64,000 nucleotides of DNA, taken from Oceanispirochaeta sp. (GTDB taxonomy: Bacteria > Spirochaetota > Spirochaetia > DSM-2461). How positions within the stretch are numbered: position 1 is the stretch's first letter; each line of letters begins with the position of its first letter. A model generated the notes under the pieces. The model was not told where the DNA came from, ran no database searches, and saw only the letters and a program-made list of their open reading frames with translations. The translations under genes were made by a program, and so were the position numbers. This document shows, piece by piece, positions 1 through 9,524 of this stretch. The DNA is taken from the NCBI GenBank assembly GCA_963663385.2, contig CAXXXD010000002.1, positions 1,472,001 to 1,536,000 on the forward strand. The letters run 5' to 3'.

Positions 1-420
1 CTGAAGCAGAGTAAAGCGTCGGATATGATGCATCCCGTACCTTCCATAAAGGAAAATCAGTCCATCAGCGATGTTCTGGCTCATTTCAGTGAATACGATA
101 ATCTGATTTATCCTGTGATCGATCAGTCCGATAATCTGGCGGGAGTCATTACCATCGATCACCTGAAAGATACTTTTATGGCCTCCGGGCTTTCCGGATT
201 TCTTCTGGCCCATGATATTACCGTTCCGGTTCTGTGCAGCTGCCGGGAAGATACTCCGGCGGAAGAGGTTTACCAGCTGATGAAAAAACATAATATCGAT
301 TACATTCCGGTAACGGACAAACAGAATCGTGCAGTGGGTGTTGTGGAGAAGCGGATTGCCCAGAAACTGTTTTCACTGAGGATAATGGAGCTGCGTCAGA
401 AAGCCGATGCCCTCGGCTGA
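1..420 (+). CDS. C-terminal tandem CBS domains of a protein truncated by the window edge (possibly a transporter)
   Basis: Frame is open from base 1; CBS signatures YPVIDQSDNLAGVITIDHL and IPVTDKQNRAVGVV. Confidence 0.75.
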   Translation: MKQSKASDMMHPVPSIKENQSISDVLAHFSEYDNLIYPVIDQSDNLAGVITIDHLKDTFMASGLSGFLLAHDITVPVLCSCREDTPAEEVYQLMKKHNIDYIPVTDKQNRAVGVVEKRIAQKLFSLRIMELRQKADALG

Positions 421-443
421 TTAATAGCGGGAGAAAAAGAAAA

Positions 444-1217
444 ATGCCGGCTGTCGGGGAAATGGATGAAATCCTAAAAAATTTTAATCTCAGCGAGGGG
501 GATCTGGCCGAATACCTCAATAAAAAAGGCTGGGGAGTCGAACATCCCTCAACATTCAGGATTGACCTGGAGACAGATTTTCTGGCTTTGTGGGAAAAGG
601 CTGTACCTTTCACAATGATCTCCATGGAAAGGGGATATGCTGTCTATCAGGCTGTGAATTATATTCTGAAAAATGATCTGCCCGGTGATTTTGTTGAATG
701 CGGGGTATGGAAAGGCGGCAGCTGTATGCTGATGGCCCTGACTCTGATGGAATCCGGAGTTCAGGACAGGGCAATATGGCTGTACGATACTTTTAAGGGA
801 ATGACCGAACCCGGTGATAATGACCGCATCTCATCCACGGGACAGGCTGTTTCCGAACGCTGGGAGGAGGGCTGGTGGGCCGTCAGTCCCGGAATGGTAG
901 AAGCCAATCTTAAAAAAACGGGTTATCCCATGGAGAAATTCCGATTTGTCGAGGGGGATGTCTGTGAAACCCTGAAGATCAGCAGGCCGGAGGCTGTTTC
1001 CCTGCTTCGGCTGGATACGGACTGGTATGAATCCACCAGATTTGAGCTGGAAATACTGTACCCTCTTCTTAAGGAGAAAGGGGTTCTTATTATTGATGAC
1101 TACGGGCATTTCAGCGGATCACGCCTGGCGGTGGATGAGTACTTTGCAAACAGAACCCTGCCGCTCCTGCAGCGCAGTGATTATACAGGGCGTCTCGCTC
1201 TGAAACCGGGTCCTTAG
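444..1217 (+). CDS. TylF/MycF/NovP-family O-methyltransferase
   Basis: Motifs GDFVECGVWKGGS, LYDTFKGM, LRLDTDWYEST, IIDDYG. Confidence 0.85.
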   Translation: MPAVGEMDEILKNFNLSEGDLAEYLNKKGWGVEHPSTFRIDLETDFLALWEKAVPFTMISMERGYAVYQAVNYILKNDLPGDFVECGVWKGGSCMLMALTLMESGVQDRAIWLYDTFKGMTEPGDNDRISSTGQAVSERWEEGWWAVSPGMVEANLKKTGYPMEKFRFVEGDVCETLKISRPEAVSLLRLDTDWYESTRFELEILYPLLKEKGVLIIDDYGHFSGSRLAVDEYFANRTLPLLQRSDYTGRLALKPGP

Positions 1218-1226
1218 CCTGGAATT

Positions 1227-2354
1227 TCAAGCCTCAAATGCCAGGGTATGCCTGTAATGGAACAGAAGTTCCAGAAAAGCCCTGTTCTGTAAAGGATCTT
1301 CTCTGAAGTAATACAGGTGGGAGGAGCAATGGCAGTCACTGCTTCCAAAACCTTTGATTTCATCTTCCGCGATCTTTTTCATATCCCCGGCCAGGGAACA
1401 CTCCAGATTTTTAACAGTATAGATTGGAAAGGCTTTTACCTTTATCGCTTCTCCCAGAAGGCGGTCTGCGTGCCAGTGGTACTTCTTTCTTTTTCTGAGA
1501 TGCCGGTCAACCCGGGACTTGAGGTTGGTCGCAGCTGATCCGACATAGATGTAATACCCTTTTTTAAAATCAATCTCACCCAGGCTGCCAACGGCAAGAC
1601 TTTTTCTGTCCATAGTGATTAGAAGCAGGTAGATCCCGCTGTTATTATCAGCAGCCGAAGTCAGATCGGTCCTGACGGGAATCCCGGTAGATACCAGATC
1701 TAATTCACCTGCTGCATCGCAAATAGTGCTGACACCGTGAAAATGGACATGAGGAGCTGTCTCGGATACTGTTCTGGCAAACTCCGGATCAGTATGGAGA
1801 TTAGGGATAAACTGTCTGGTTCCGGGATTCATGATAACAAAGACCACATGCCCTTCCATATTATCATTTCCCCGGCTTATAACGGCCAGTTCCTTCAGAT
1901 GGCGGGAGGCGCGGGCAGAGGGGGCATCTGGAAACATGGCAACCCCCTCTTCAATAAGAGTACAGGCCTTTACTTCGAGGAATATCTCTTTTTCGCCCGA
2001 AAAAAAGTGCCAGTCAAAGCGGGAGTGACCCCATTTGTATTCAGCTTTTATCTCCCTGGCTTCGGGAAAAAGGCGGGGGATGATCAGTTCTCCGGCAACC
2101 TCATTGGCTTTGGCGGAGAAGAGGGGAACGGTTTCTCCCCTGTATTCAGCCGCAACCAGGGTCCAGGCTGTTTTCCGGGAGGAATCCCTGCTTTTTTCCA
2201 GGATCATCTTTCTGCCGGGATTCATTAGCTCAATCAGACGCCCCGGGTTGGGGCAGTGGGCCCTAACGGGCCCCTCGGGAAGCTGAACGTGTACTATAAA
2301 ACGGTTGGGTCGTTCGAGGAGTGTTCCTTCCGCATCAGCCGAAAATATCTTCAT
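1227..2354 (-). CDS. sfsA: SfsA nuclease-like domain fused to a C-terminal GIY-YIG-like (DUF123-type) domain
   Basis: N-half has RPNRF, AHCPNPGRL, SRFD, FLEVKACTL, FPDAPSARASRHL; C-half has GIYLL...YIYVGSA...RHLRKRKKYHWH...GFGSSDCHCSSHL. Confidence 0.85.
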   Translation of the reverse strand: MKIFSADAEGTLLERPNRFIVHVQLPEGPVRAHCPNPGRLIELMNPGRKMILEKSRDSSRKTAWTLVAAEYRGETVPLFSAKANEVAGELIIPRLFPEAREIKAEYKWGHSRFDWHFFSGEKEIFLEVKACTLIEEGVAMFPDAPSARASRHLKELAVISRGNDNMEGHVVFVIMNPGTRQFIPNLHTDPEFARTVSETAPHVHFHGVSTICDAAGELDLVSTGIPVRTDLTSAADNNSGIYLLLITMDRKSLAVGSLGEIDFKKGYYIYVGSAATNLKSRVDRHLRKRKKYHWHADRLLGEAIKVKAFPIYTVKNLECSLAGDMKKIAEDEIKGFGSSDCHCSSHLYYFREDPLQNRAFLELLFHYRHTLAFEA

Positions 2355-2357
2355 GGT

Positions 2358-2912
2358 CTACTCTGTCAGCAGTTCCATTATTGTCCGGGCAATAGCGGGA
2401 TCATCCCAGTCTGTTCCCCCGATGCGGACGGCAGTCACCCGGCCTGCTTTATCAATCAGATAGGAAGCAGGAAGCCCTTCCAGTTTATACGCATCAAGGG
2501 CATCTCCGTCAGGGAAATAGAATACGGGGATGGTGATATCTGTTTCTTTCAGAAAGCTGCTGACTGTGGAAATTTCCTCATTCATGTTAATTGAAGCCAG
2601 CAGAAAATCCGTATCCTGAAGTCTTGCTGAAAGGCGCTGGAGTGAAGGCTGTTCAGTTCGGCTGGGAGGACTCCAGCTGACCCAGAAATTCAGAAGCGTC
2701 ACCCGTCCTTTAAAAGGAAGGAGTATTCTGTCTGCTGTATCTGCCGGAAAGTTTTCTACCGGGAGAACAGAGATGACAGGCGCATCTGTTCGTGTCGCCG
2801 GTATGGAGAAACCTTTTGATTTCAGGCGGACCATATCCGCTTCTGCCCGGAGTTGCGGCTGAAGCACGATCAGATAAAGAAAAAAAAGGGCCGATGCCTT
2901 TAGGATTTTCAT
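2358..2912 (-). CDS. Exported TlpA/ResA-like thioredoxin-fold protein lacking both active-site cysteines
   Basis: LLNFWVSWSPPSRTEQPSL matches the LNFWAxWCPPCxxExPxL pattern; cis-Pro motif GLPASYLIDKAG; N-terminal signal/TM segment. Confidence 0.75.
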   Translation of the reverse strand: MKILKASALFFLYLIVLQPQLRAEADMVRLKSKGFSIPATRTDAPVISVLPVENFPADTADRILLPFKGRVTLLNFWVSWSPPSRTEQPSLQRLSARLQDTDFLLASINMNEEISTVSSFLKETDITIPVFYFPDGDALDAYKLEGLPASYLIDKAGRVTAVRIGGTDWDDPAIARTIMELLTE

Positions 2913-3643
2913 ATTTTCATTCCTTCTGTAAAAAAGTTTAACAGTATCTGGATAAAATTCAAAAGGGCATGGGCCGGGATGAGAGAAAAAAGCGAGGCTC
3001 CCTTCTGTATCCTGGATACCAGAAACAGGCCTGCCGCAAAAGCATAAAGCAGACCCGGGACTCCCTGGTAAAGATGACCGGCGCTGAATAGAACCGTAGA
3101 TATAAACATGGCTTTTGAAGGGGATATACCGGACTGAAGCAGTCTGTTATAGGCATAGCCCCTAAAGAAAATTTCTTCCTGAAGAGCACTGAAAAGGCAT
3201 GTGACCGCTGCCGGAATCAGCATAGGAGCTTTGGTAATAAGAACAGGTTTTTCCGGATTTCTGAAGACTCCTTCCCGGGGAAGCAGAGCGGATAAACCGG
3301 CTGAAATGACAAGATAAATCAGTGCCAGTCCTCCCAGGGTCAGGAGAAACTCACGGAACCGGGGGACTCCCAGACAATCCGCTACTTGATCCTGACGGCC
3401 AGACGGGATATTCTCCCATAAGTAATATATAAACAGGGAGTATACGGTCGAGAGCAGGATCATCTGGATATGAACGCCCGGAATATCGAAGAACCCCCGG
3501 ATGAATCCAGTCCCCTGATTCAGGTATGAAGGGAGATAGAGGATCACAAACAGTAGAGGCAGTTCCGCTTTAAGAGGGATCTGAAGTTTTTTATCCCGGA
3601 AGTTCAATTTTAATCCTTTATAGTAACAGTCAGGTTTTATCAT
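2909..3643 (-). CDS. CPBP (CAAX/Abi) intramembrane glutamic endopeptidase
   Basis: Multiple TM segments; EEIFFRG, FSAGH and AHALLN motifs. Confidence 0.85.
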   Translation of the reverse strand: MIKPDCYYKGLKLNFRDKKLQIPLKAELPLLFVILYLPSYLNQGTGFIRGFFDIPGVHIQMILLSTVYSLFIYYLWENIPSGRQDQVADCLGVPRFREFLLTLGGLALIYLVISAGLSALLPREGVFRNPEKPVLITKAPMLIPAAVTCLFSALQEEIFFRGYAYNRLLQSGISPSKAMFISTVLFSAGHLYQGVPGLLYAFAAGLFLVSRIQKGASLFSLIPAHALLNFIQILLNFFTEGMKI

Positions 3644-3730
3644 ATCCTTTGTGGTGAAAAAAACAAAGACTGTGATAAAATGAATATTATTTGTTCTTAC
3701 ACGATTATATGCCGAAGATTTAAGTATTAA

Positions 3731-4891
3731 ATGAGTATTTTGAATATTCTCCTTACAGTGTTAATTATTGCGTCAGCAATCCCTCTCTTGTTCAGCCTGC
3801 GGAAAGGATTCAGGAGTATTAACTGGATAGAGTTTTATTCGACAGGGAAAGATGCCGGTTTCAGTTTCAAAGAAATCGGACTGCTTCGAAAAACGGCCGT
3901 TATTAACAGGCATCAAAAGCCTTCATCCCTCTTCTGGTCTCTTGATGTTCTGGATAAATCCATTGCGGGCATTCATAAAAAAAAGGAGATGGAAAAGGAT
4001 CCGGATGAAGTCGAATACCTGGATTACCTGCTCAAGAAAATTTATGTCTACAGAAAAAAAATAGAATTCCAGAAACCCCGTTACAACAGGGGATTGGAAA
4101 CCACCTGGGAAATCCCCCTGAATCAGGTGTTAAAACTGAAAGTTGATATGGTAGGTGTATACGAATGTTCTGTTATAGAGAATAACCGTAACTACCTGCT
4201 GATAACCTACCCGAAGGGACCTCCTCTGCCGGTCGGCTTCAGCTGGCGTGACAGAAATCTCAATGTCTACTTCTGGAAAAAGGAAGATGCCGGGTATTTT
4301 TTTCAGGCCAGGATAATGGAGGGGTATCCGGACAGGAAGTTCCAGACATTGAGGATGACCCAGTCCGATGTTGTCCTGCGGAGTCAGAAAAGAAAATCTG
4401 TCCGGACCGCCTGTGAAATCCCCGCTCAGCTCTACCCTGTAAGAAGTGTCCATACCGCGACAATCATCCCCGAATCCAAACCGGGGCTGCGCTGTATGCT
4501 TCGGGATCTTTCGGAAGACGGTGCGTCACTGCTCATCGGAGGCCGCGGGGAAAAGAGCATGAGTTTGAAGATCCAGTTTGAACTGTACGGGAAGACTGCC
4601 GTTATGAGAGGGGTTGTCCGTACCATCGATTATGATGCTGAAAAGAACATCTCCTGCCTTCACATACAGGCTCTTGAGCCTGATGAGGAGTCCAAATATC
4701 TGATACTTTCCTTCGTCTATAATATTTTCAGGGATGACGAGAAGAAAACCAGTCCTGTTGAATCTCTCGACAGGGAGCCCGACGGGGAAGTTGAGCTGAA
4801 AACCGATAAAAACTCCGACGGTCTGGAAGCTCTTGAGACACTGGAACCCATAGAAGAGGAATTACCTCTTTTAAATTCGGAAGAGGAGTAA
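3731..4891 (+). CDS. Membrane-anchored PilZ-domain (c-di-GMP binding, YcgR-like) protein
   Basis: N-terminal TM; QKRKSVR (RxxxR) and DLSEDG (DxSxxG) PilZ motifs. Confidence 0.75.
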   Translation: MSILNILLTVLIIASAIPLLFSLRKGFRSINWIEFYSTGKDAGFSFKEIGLLRKTAVINRHQKPSSLFWSLDVLDKSIAGIHKKKEMEKDPDEVEYLDYLLKKIYVYRKKIEFQKPRYNRGLETTWEIPLNQVLKLKVDMVGVYECSVIENNRNYLLITYPKGPPLPVGFSWRDRNLNVYFWKKEDAGYFFQARIMEGYPDRKFQTLRMTQSDVVLRSQKRKSVRTACEIPAQLYPVRSVHTATIIPESKPGLRCMLRDLSEDGASLLIGGRGEKSMSLKIQFELYGKTAVMRGVVRTIDYDAEKNISCLHIQALEPDEESKYLILSFVYNIFRDDEKKTSPVESLDREPDGEVELKTDKNSDGLEALETLEPIEEELPLLNSEEE

Positions 4892-5008
4892 TCTTCCGAG
4901 ATTTCTTTACTTTTTCTTTCAATCATATTAAGGTTGATTTCATCTGACTACCATTATAGCGCTCGATACAGGGGGAGGCCCCGATCAAGTAATAGGAGAT
5001 TGAAATCA

Positions 5009-5890
5009 ATGCTAAAATCCCTGAAGAAATGTGGAATGCTGCTGCTGATCGCATCTGTTTTCGGTTGTGCGACCACACCGGGCACAGTTGAAGAGAAACC
5101 TTCAGAAAAAGTAACAACCAATGAAGTAAAGGTTGAGAAAGAGAAGGAGCCCGAATGGGTAACTGTCACGGTAGATGAGTTTTTTATTTCACAGGAAACA
5201 ATCCAGTACGGAGACGGCTTTGTTGACGGGTATAAACTGTATGAATACGATGATAACGGATTGATTCAAAAACAATCCCAGATTGGTTCTGATGAATCGA
5301 TCATCTCTGAAGAATTTTTCTATTATGAGGGAGATCTGCTTGTCCGCAGTGAGTACTACTCCGGAAATGAAATGATATCCCAGTCCCTCTACTCTTATAA
5401 CGGAAAGAAACAGCTTGTTGAAGAATCCTTTATGGACCCCAAAGGTGATCTGCAGGGCGTTTCCTCCTATGAATATGATGAATCAGGAAGAAAAACCAAA
5501 TGGATATCCGGTGACAGCGGGGGGATCCCCATGATGTATACCGAGTATGAATACGATGAAAACGGTATTATCAGGATGAGCTACTTCCTCCCGACAGGCG
5601 AGATGGAAGGGTATACACAGATGATATATAAAGAAAATGTTCTTGTGGAGGAAGCTACTTATTCCGCCTCTTCCAAACTGGAGAAAAAAACAGAGTATGT
5701 CTATAATGAGGGCCGTCTGATGAAATCTCTTTACTATTTTGGTAAGAATCTTTCCCGCACCATTGAGCGCAGCTATGATGAAAACGGGAATGTATCAGAA
5801 CTGAAAACCCTGAACCGAAATGGTGATATTACAGATGTTGTTATTAAAGAGTATGTTGCAATTCCTGTTACGAAACAGGTTCTGATGTAG
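5009..5890 (+). CDS. Lipoprotein with YD/RHS-like tandem beta repeats
   Basis: ATG 5009 follows AGGAG; lipobox VFGC; repeated YEYDxxG / YxYNxxG units about 23-24 aa apart. Confidence 0.65.
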   Translation: MLKSLKKCGMLLLIASVFGCATTPGTVEEKPSEKVTTNEVKVEKEKEPEWVTVTVDEFFISQETIQYGDGFVDGYKLYEYDDNGLIQKQSQIGSDESIISEEFFYYEGDLLVRSEYYSGNEMISQSLYSYNGKKQLVEESFMDPKGDLQGVSSYEYDESGRKTKWISGDSGGIPMMYTEYEYDENGIIRMSYFLPTGEMEGYTQMIYKENVLVEEATYSASSKLEKKTEYVYNEGRLMKSLYYFGKNLSRTIERSYDENGNVSELKTLNRNGDITDVVIKEYVAIPVTKQVLM

Positions 5891-5899
5891 GAGGGACAA

Positions 5900-7081
5900 A
5901 TGAGAAATATCTTCAGAATAACACTTTCCCTTTTACTGCTCATGGGAGGATCTTCCCTGTTTGCCGGAGACCAGGCTGAAGTCTGGAGCCGGCTCTATCG
6001 CCGGGCCATATCCACAGAGCAGAAGGAGATGATCCTTAAGAATATAGTCCAGATAGATGACCGTGCCTTCGAGCCGGTATTGATTGAAGCTCTGGAAGAG
6101 ATGAACGGCAATCAGGAAAAGTTCCGTGGTGACATCGCTCTTATGGTCAAATGGGTTGATATGACAAGGCTGATTGTTAAAGAGCTGGGCGAGCTGAAAA
6201 GCCTTGATGCGGAAGATCAGATCTTTTTTGTTGTCACCCATACAGACGATCCCCTGCTTATTGCGGATGCCCTGGTAGCTCTCGGTAATATCCGGTCAGT
6301 CAAATACGCCCCGGATATTGCTACTATTCTCCGGAATCTGAACTTCAATACCCAGAAAGAGAACAGGGATAATGCGGAAATTCAGGCTTACGGCGCTGTA
6401 ATGGCTCTTCAGAAAATGCGGGAACCCGTTGGGTTTGAACCTGTGTTTTACTCCTATATCGGATGGTATTCCAAACGGACAAAAAATCTGGCGGGGGAAG
6501 CATTAAAGTATATTACCGAAGATCCTACCGAACCAGTCATGAGCATTATGGAAGAAGCGGATTATGATGTGAAGAAAACCGCTCTTATGGTAGAAAAAGA
6601 CTCTTCCGCTCCTGCAGCTAATAAAAACAGAGTAGCCATCCTTGGTCTGGAAGAAGGTCTGAAATATCAGACTACCGATAGAATCGAACAGGATGAACTG
6701 TCCAAGCTCAGGATTGAGGCAATCAAGATTCTAATCGAAAGTGAATCAAAGGATGATCCTGCTGTTCCTTTCCTCAAAGAGATATTCAGAAGGAATCATG
6801 ATGTAAATGAATCCCTTTATGCTCTTTATGCGCTTGGTGTAATTGGATCCGACAGCGCCCTGGAAGTCCTGACCGATAATCTGGCCAAATATAATCAGAG
6901 ACAGCAGGATGGTTTAAAGGCTACCCGGGAAGAGCTGGAGTTTATCAAACAGATTATCAAGTCAATAGGGATGTCCGGTAATCAGCTGGGAATGGGCGTT
7001 CTGACAGAAGTGCAGTTCTCCGATTATACGCCGGCTATTAACCGTCTGGCCAAAGAAGCCATCAATGCATTGGGAGGCTGA
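5900..7081 (+). CDS. Exported HEAT-repeat (alpha-solenoid) protein
   Basis: Signal peptide ending SLFA; HEAT-like ALVALGNI, ALYALGVIG; RBS AGGAGG. Confidence 0.65.
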   Translation: MRNIFRITLSLLLLMGGSSLFAGDQAEVWSRLYRRAISTEQKEMILKNIVQIDDRAFEPVLIEALEEMNGNQEKFRGDIALMVKWVDMTRLIVKELGELKSLDAEDQIFFVVTHTDDPLLIADALVALGNIRSVKYAPDIATILRNLNFNTQKENRDNAEIQAYGAVMALQKMREPVGFEPVFYSYIGWYSKRTKNLAGEALKYITEDPTEPVMSIMEEADYDVKKTALMVEKDSSAPAANKNRVAILGLEEGLKYQTTDRIEQDELSKLRIEAIKILIESESKDDPAVPFLKEIFRRNHDVNESLYALYALGVIGSDSALEVLTDNLAKYNQRQQDGLKATREELEFIKQIIKSIGMSGNQLGMGVLTEVQFSDYTPAINRLAKEAINALGG

Positions 7082-7130
7082 CACCGGGTTGATTTTCCGG
7101 TTTAAGACTTCCCCTAACTGAAAATGGACC

Positions 7131-7156
7131 GCCGCGGGTAAAACCGCGGTTTTTTT
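7131..7156 (+). terminator. Rho-independent terminator
   Basis: GCCGCGG-gtaaaa-CCGCGGT followed by a T run. Confidence 0.75.
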
Positions 7157-7190
7157 GAAGCAGTCCGAAGAGATTTTCAGTTAAACTGAT

Positions 7191-8660
7191 ATGAGTCATT
7201 CAGATGCTCCTTTCACAATAAAAATAATACCCCGGTTTTTATTCTGCTGCAGCGTTTTTACAGTAGCAGCAGGCATGCTCTGTCAGAATCCGGGAGTTCT
7301 GAACAGGACAATCCTCTTTTTCCTTTTATTATTGTCTTCAACTCTCATCCTGCTGGGCAGAAGTGGACTGTTTTTCTCACTGGCCTCCATCATTATCCTC
7401 TTTGGTTTTCAGTATGTACTGCAGCAGTACTCTGTTTCCTATCTGCCTTTCCCCGAAAGTAAAATCTGCTGTATCGAAGGTAAATTGAAGGATGAGCCAG
7501 TATGGTGCGGTGAGTACTCTATCCGACTTTCTCTCCATTGTGATGCTGCAACCTGTTCTGACGGCAATAGTGCGAAATCTGATTCGGATGTAACGGCCTA
7601 TATTAATAAAAACAAATTGAAGGACCCATTCCTTTTGGGCCGCGGGATTCCCGTAATAATAGAAGGACAATTTTCCGGAGAGGAGGGCGGGGCTGCGGCT
7701 CCTGTCTTCAATGGGAAATCTATTCGGGTTGGAACAGGTTCTTCCTGTGCAACCTTACGGCTTGCCATCCTGCAGGCCGTCCGCAGAAAATGCAGTCTGC
7801 TGGGGCGAAATACGGAAATACTGCTTCCGGCTCTGGTTCTGGGGATAAATCATCCGGCCAGGGGAGAATTTGTCGAGCTGTTCCGGAAATCGGGAACAGC
7901 TCACATAATGGCTCTTTCCGGATTTCATGCAGGATTGGCTGGCATCGTTTTATTCCTGATGGGGAAGTTGTTCTTCGGAAACAGAGGCGGTTATGCTTTT
8001 TCGATAGCCGGGCTGCTTGTCTTTCTCTGGCTGGCAGGAATGCGTCCCTCTCTGCTGAGAGCTGTCTGTATGTATTGTATCTTTGCCTGGGGGAAATTAA
8101 CCCAGAGGAATTTCAGCGGGATGAATGTTCTGTTTTTCTCATATATATTAACCGGGTTTATAGACCCGCTTTCCCTGTCCTCTCTTTCCAGTCAGTTATC
8201 CTATCTGGCTTTGGCCGGGATTATAATCAGCGGCATGCGGCTAAACCATCTTTTATACCCCTTGATTCCGGGCTGGCTGAGACTGCCTCTCTGTACTTCC
8301 CTGGGTGCACAGCTATGGACAACCTTCCTTGTTCTTAAGGTTTTTGGCGTTACCTTTCCGGCAGGTCTGATAGCTTCTCTTGTGCTGACGCCCCTGGTTA
8401 CGGTCTATATGTATGGCGGTATCCTGTGGCTGTCTCTTCCTGCGACTTCCTTGAGCATTACGCTTTTTCGTCTGCTTCTGGGCACTATGGAAGGTATTCT
8501 GGTAAAAGTCGGTACCATCTTTGGAAACTTTCCCCCCATTGAGCTGATTATGCATGGACCGGGTCCTTTTCTTCTATTGTTTATTCCTGTATTATTACTC
8601 GAATTCCACATTCCCGGAGCGATCATTCATGGAAAAAGAAAAACTGGATTTAAATTATGA
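7191..8660 (+). CDS. comEC: ComEC/Rec2 competence membrane protein (no C-terminal metallo-beta-lactamase domain)
   Basis: FRKSGTAHIMALSGFH, PSLLRA and multiple TM helices. Confidence 0.8.
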   Translation: MSHSDAPFTIKIIPRFLFCCSVFTVAAGMLCQNPGVLNRTILFFLLLLSSTLILLGRSGLFFSLASIIILFGFQYVLQQYSVSYLPFPESKICCIEGKLKDEPVWCGEYSIRLSLHCDAATCSDGNSAKSDSDVTAYINKNKLKDPFLLGRGIPVIIEGQFSGEEGGAAAPVFNGKSIRVGTGSSCATLRLAILQAVRRKCSLLGRNTEILLPALVLGINHPARGEFVELFRKSGTAHIMALSGFHAGLAGIVLFLMGKLFFGNRGGYAFSIAGLLVFLWLAGMRPSLLRAVCMYCIFAWGKLTQRNFSGMNVLFFSYILTGFIDPLSLSSLSSQLSYLALAGIIISGMRLNHLLYPLIPGWLRLPLCTSLGAQLWTTFLVLKVFGVTFPAGLIASLVLTPLVTVYMYGGILWLSLPATSLSITLFRLLLGTMEGILVKVGTIFGNFPPIELIMHGPGPFLLLFIPVLLLEFHIPGAIIHGKRKTGFKL

Positions 8661-9513
8661 TTCCATTTCGGAAATCAAAGCCCTTCTTGAGATGATGGGA
8701 CTTGGTCCCCGTAAAAGATGGGGTCAGAATTTTCTTATTAACAGAGGAGCCCGAGAAAAGATCATTCGTCAGCTGGATCTGCAGGAGGATGAGAAGGTTT
8801 GGGAGATCGGTCCCGGTCTTGGAGCCATGACAAAAATGGCTGCAGCGTTTCCTGTCGATCTGACCGCTTTTGAGATAGATCCCGGATACGTGGAGTATTT
8901 AAACCGGGCAATGGCAGATTTTCCCCGGTTTCATATTGTCGCAGGAGACGTGCTGAAAACATGGAAAGGGGAAGCCGAAAAGAGCGGCAAACCCCAAAAG
9001 GTATTGGGGAACCTTCCCTATAATGCCGCATCAGCCATTATTGCCGATTTTATTGAGAATGATCTACTGCCCGAGAGGCTGGTTCTTACAGTGCAGAGTG
9101 AAATGGGAGACAGGATGACCGCTGCCTGTGGTTCGAAAAACTACTCTTCCTTCTCCATCCTCTGTCAGTCTGCCTTTGATGTGAAGGATTGCGGCGTTCT
9201 GAATCCGGGGTCTTTCTATCCAGTCCCGCGGGTAGGATCCAAAATAATAATGCTTACGCCTCATGGTAAGTACTCCGATATGAAGGATCCTGTGTTATTT
9301 CATCATCTTATGAGGGATATATTTATTTCCCGCCGCAAAACCATACGGAATAATCTTACATCTATGGGGGGGCACCGTTTCCAGCGTTTTGGTAAGGATG
9401 TCCTTTTTCAGGTTTTCGAAGAGGAGGGTATTGATCTGACCCTGAGACCGGAGAGGGTCTCTGTTGAATCCTTTATCCGTATTTCCAATCGTCTGGCGGT
9501 TCTGGATAAATAG
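8629..9513 (+). CDS. rsmA: 16S rRNA m6,2A1518/1519 dimethyltransferase
   Basis: KRWGQNFLIN, EIGPGLG, GNLPYN, FYPVPRVGS; ATG 8629 preferred as start. Confidence 0.95.
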   Translation: MEKEKLDLNYDSISEIKALLEMMGLGPRKRWGQNFLINRGAREKIIRQLDLQEDEKVWEIGPGLGAMTKMAAAFPVDLTAFEIDPGYVEYLNRAMADFPRFHIVAGDVLKTWKGEAEKSGKPQKVLGNLPYNAASAIIADFIENDLLPERLVLTVQSEMGDRMTAACGSKNYSSFSILCQSAFDVKDCGVLNPGSFYPVPRVGSKIIMLTPHGKYSDMKDPVLFHHLMRDIFISRRKTIRNNLTSMGGHRFQRFGKDVLFQVFEEEGIDLTLRPERVSVESFIRISNRLAVLDK

Positions 9514-9524
9514 GATTACACGCA

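Noticed and set aside
2661..2672. Selenocysteine recoding at the thioredoxin-like active site
   Set aside because: The codons are AGT and AGC (Ser), not TGA.
7191..8660. comEC plus dprA as evidence of a natural-competence island
   Set aside because: Both genes are widespread, lie about 50 kb apart in housekeeping contexts, and no pilus genes are present in the window.
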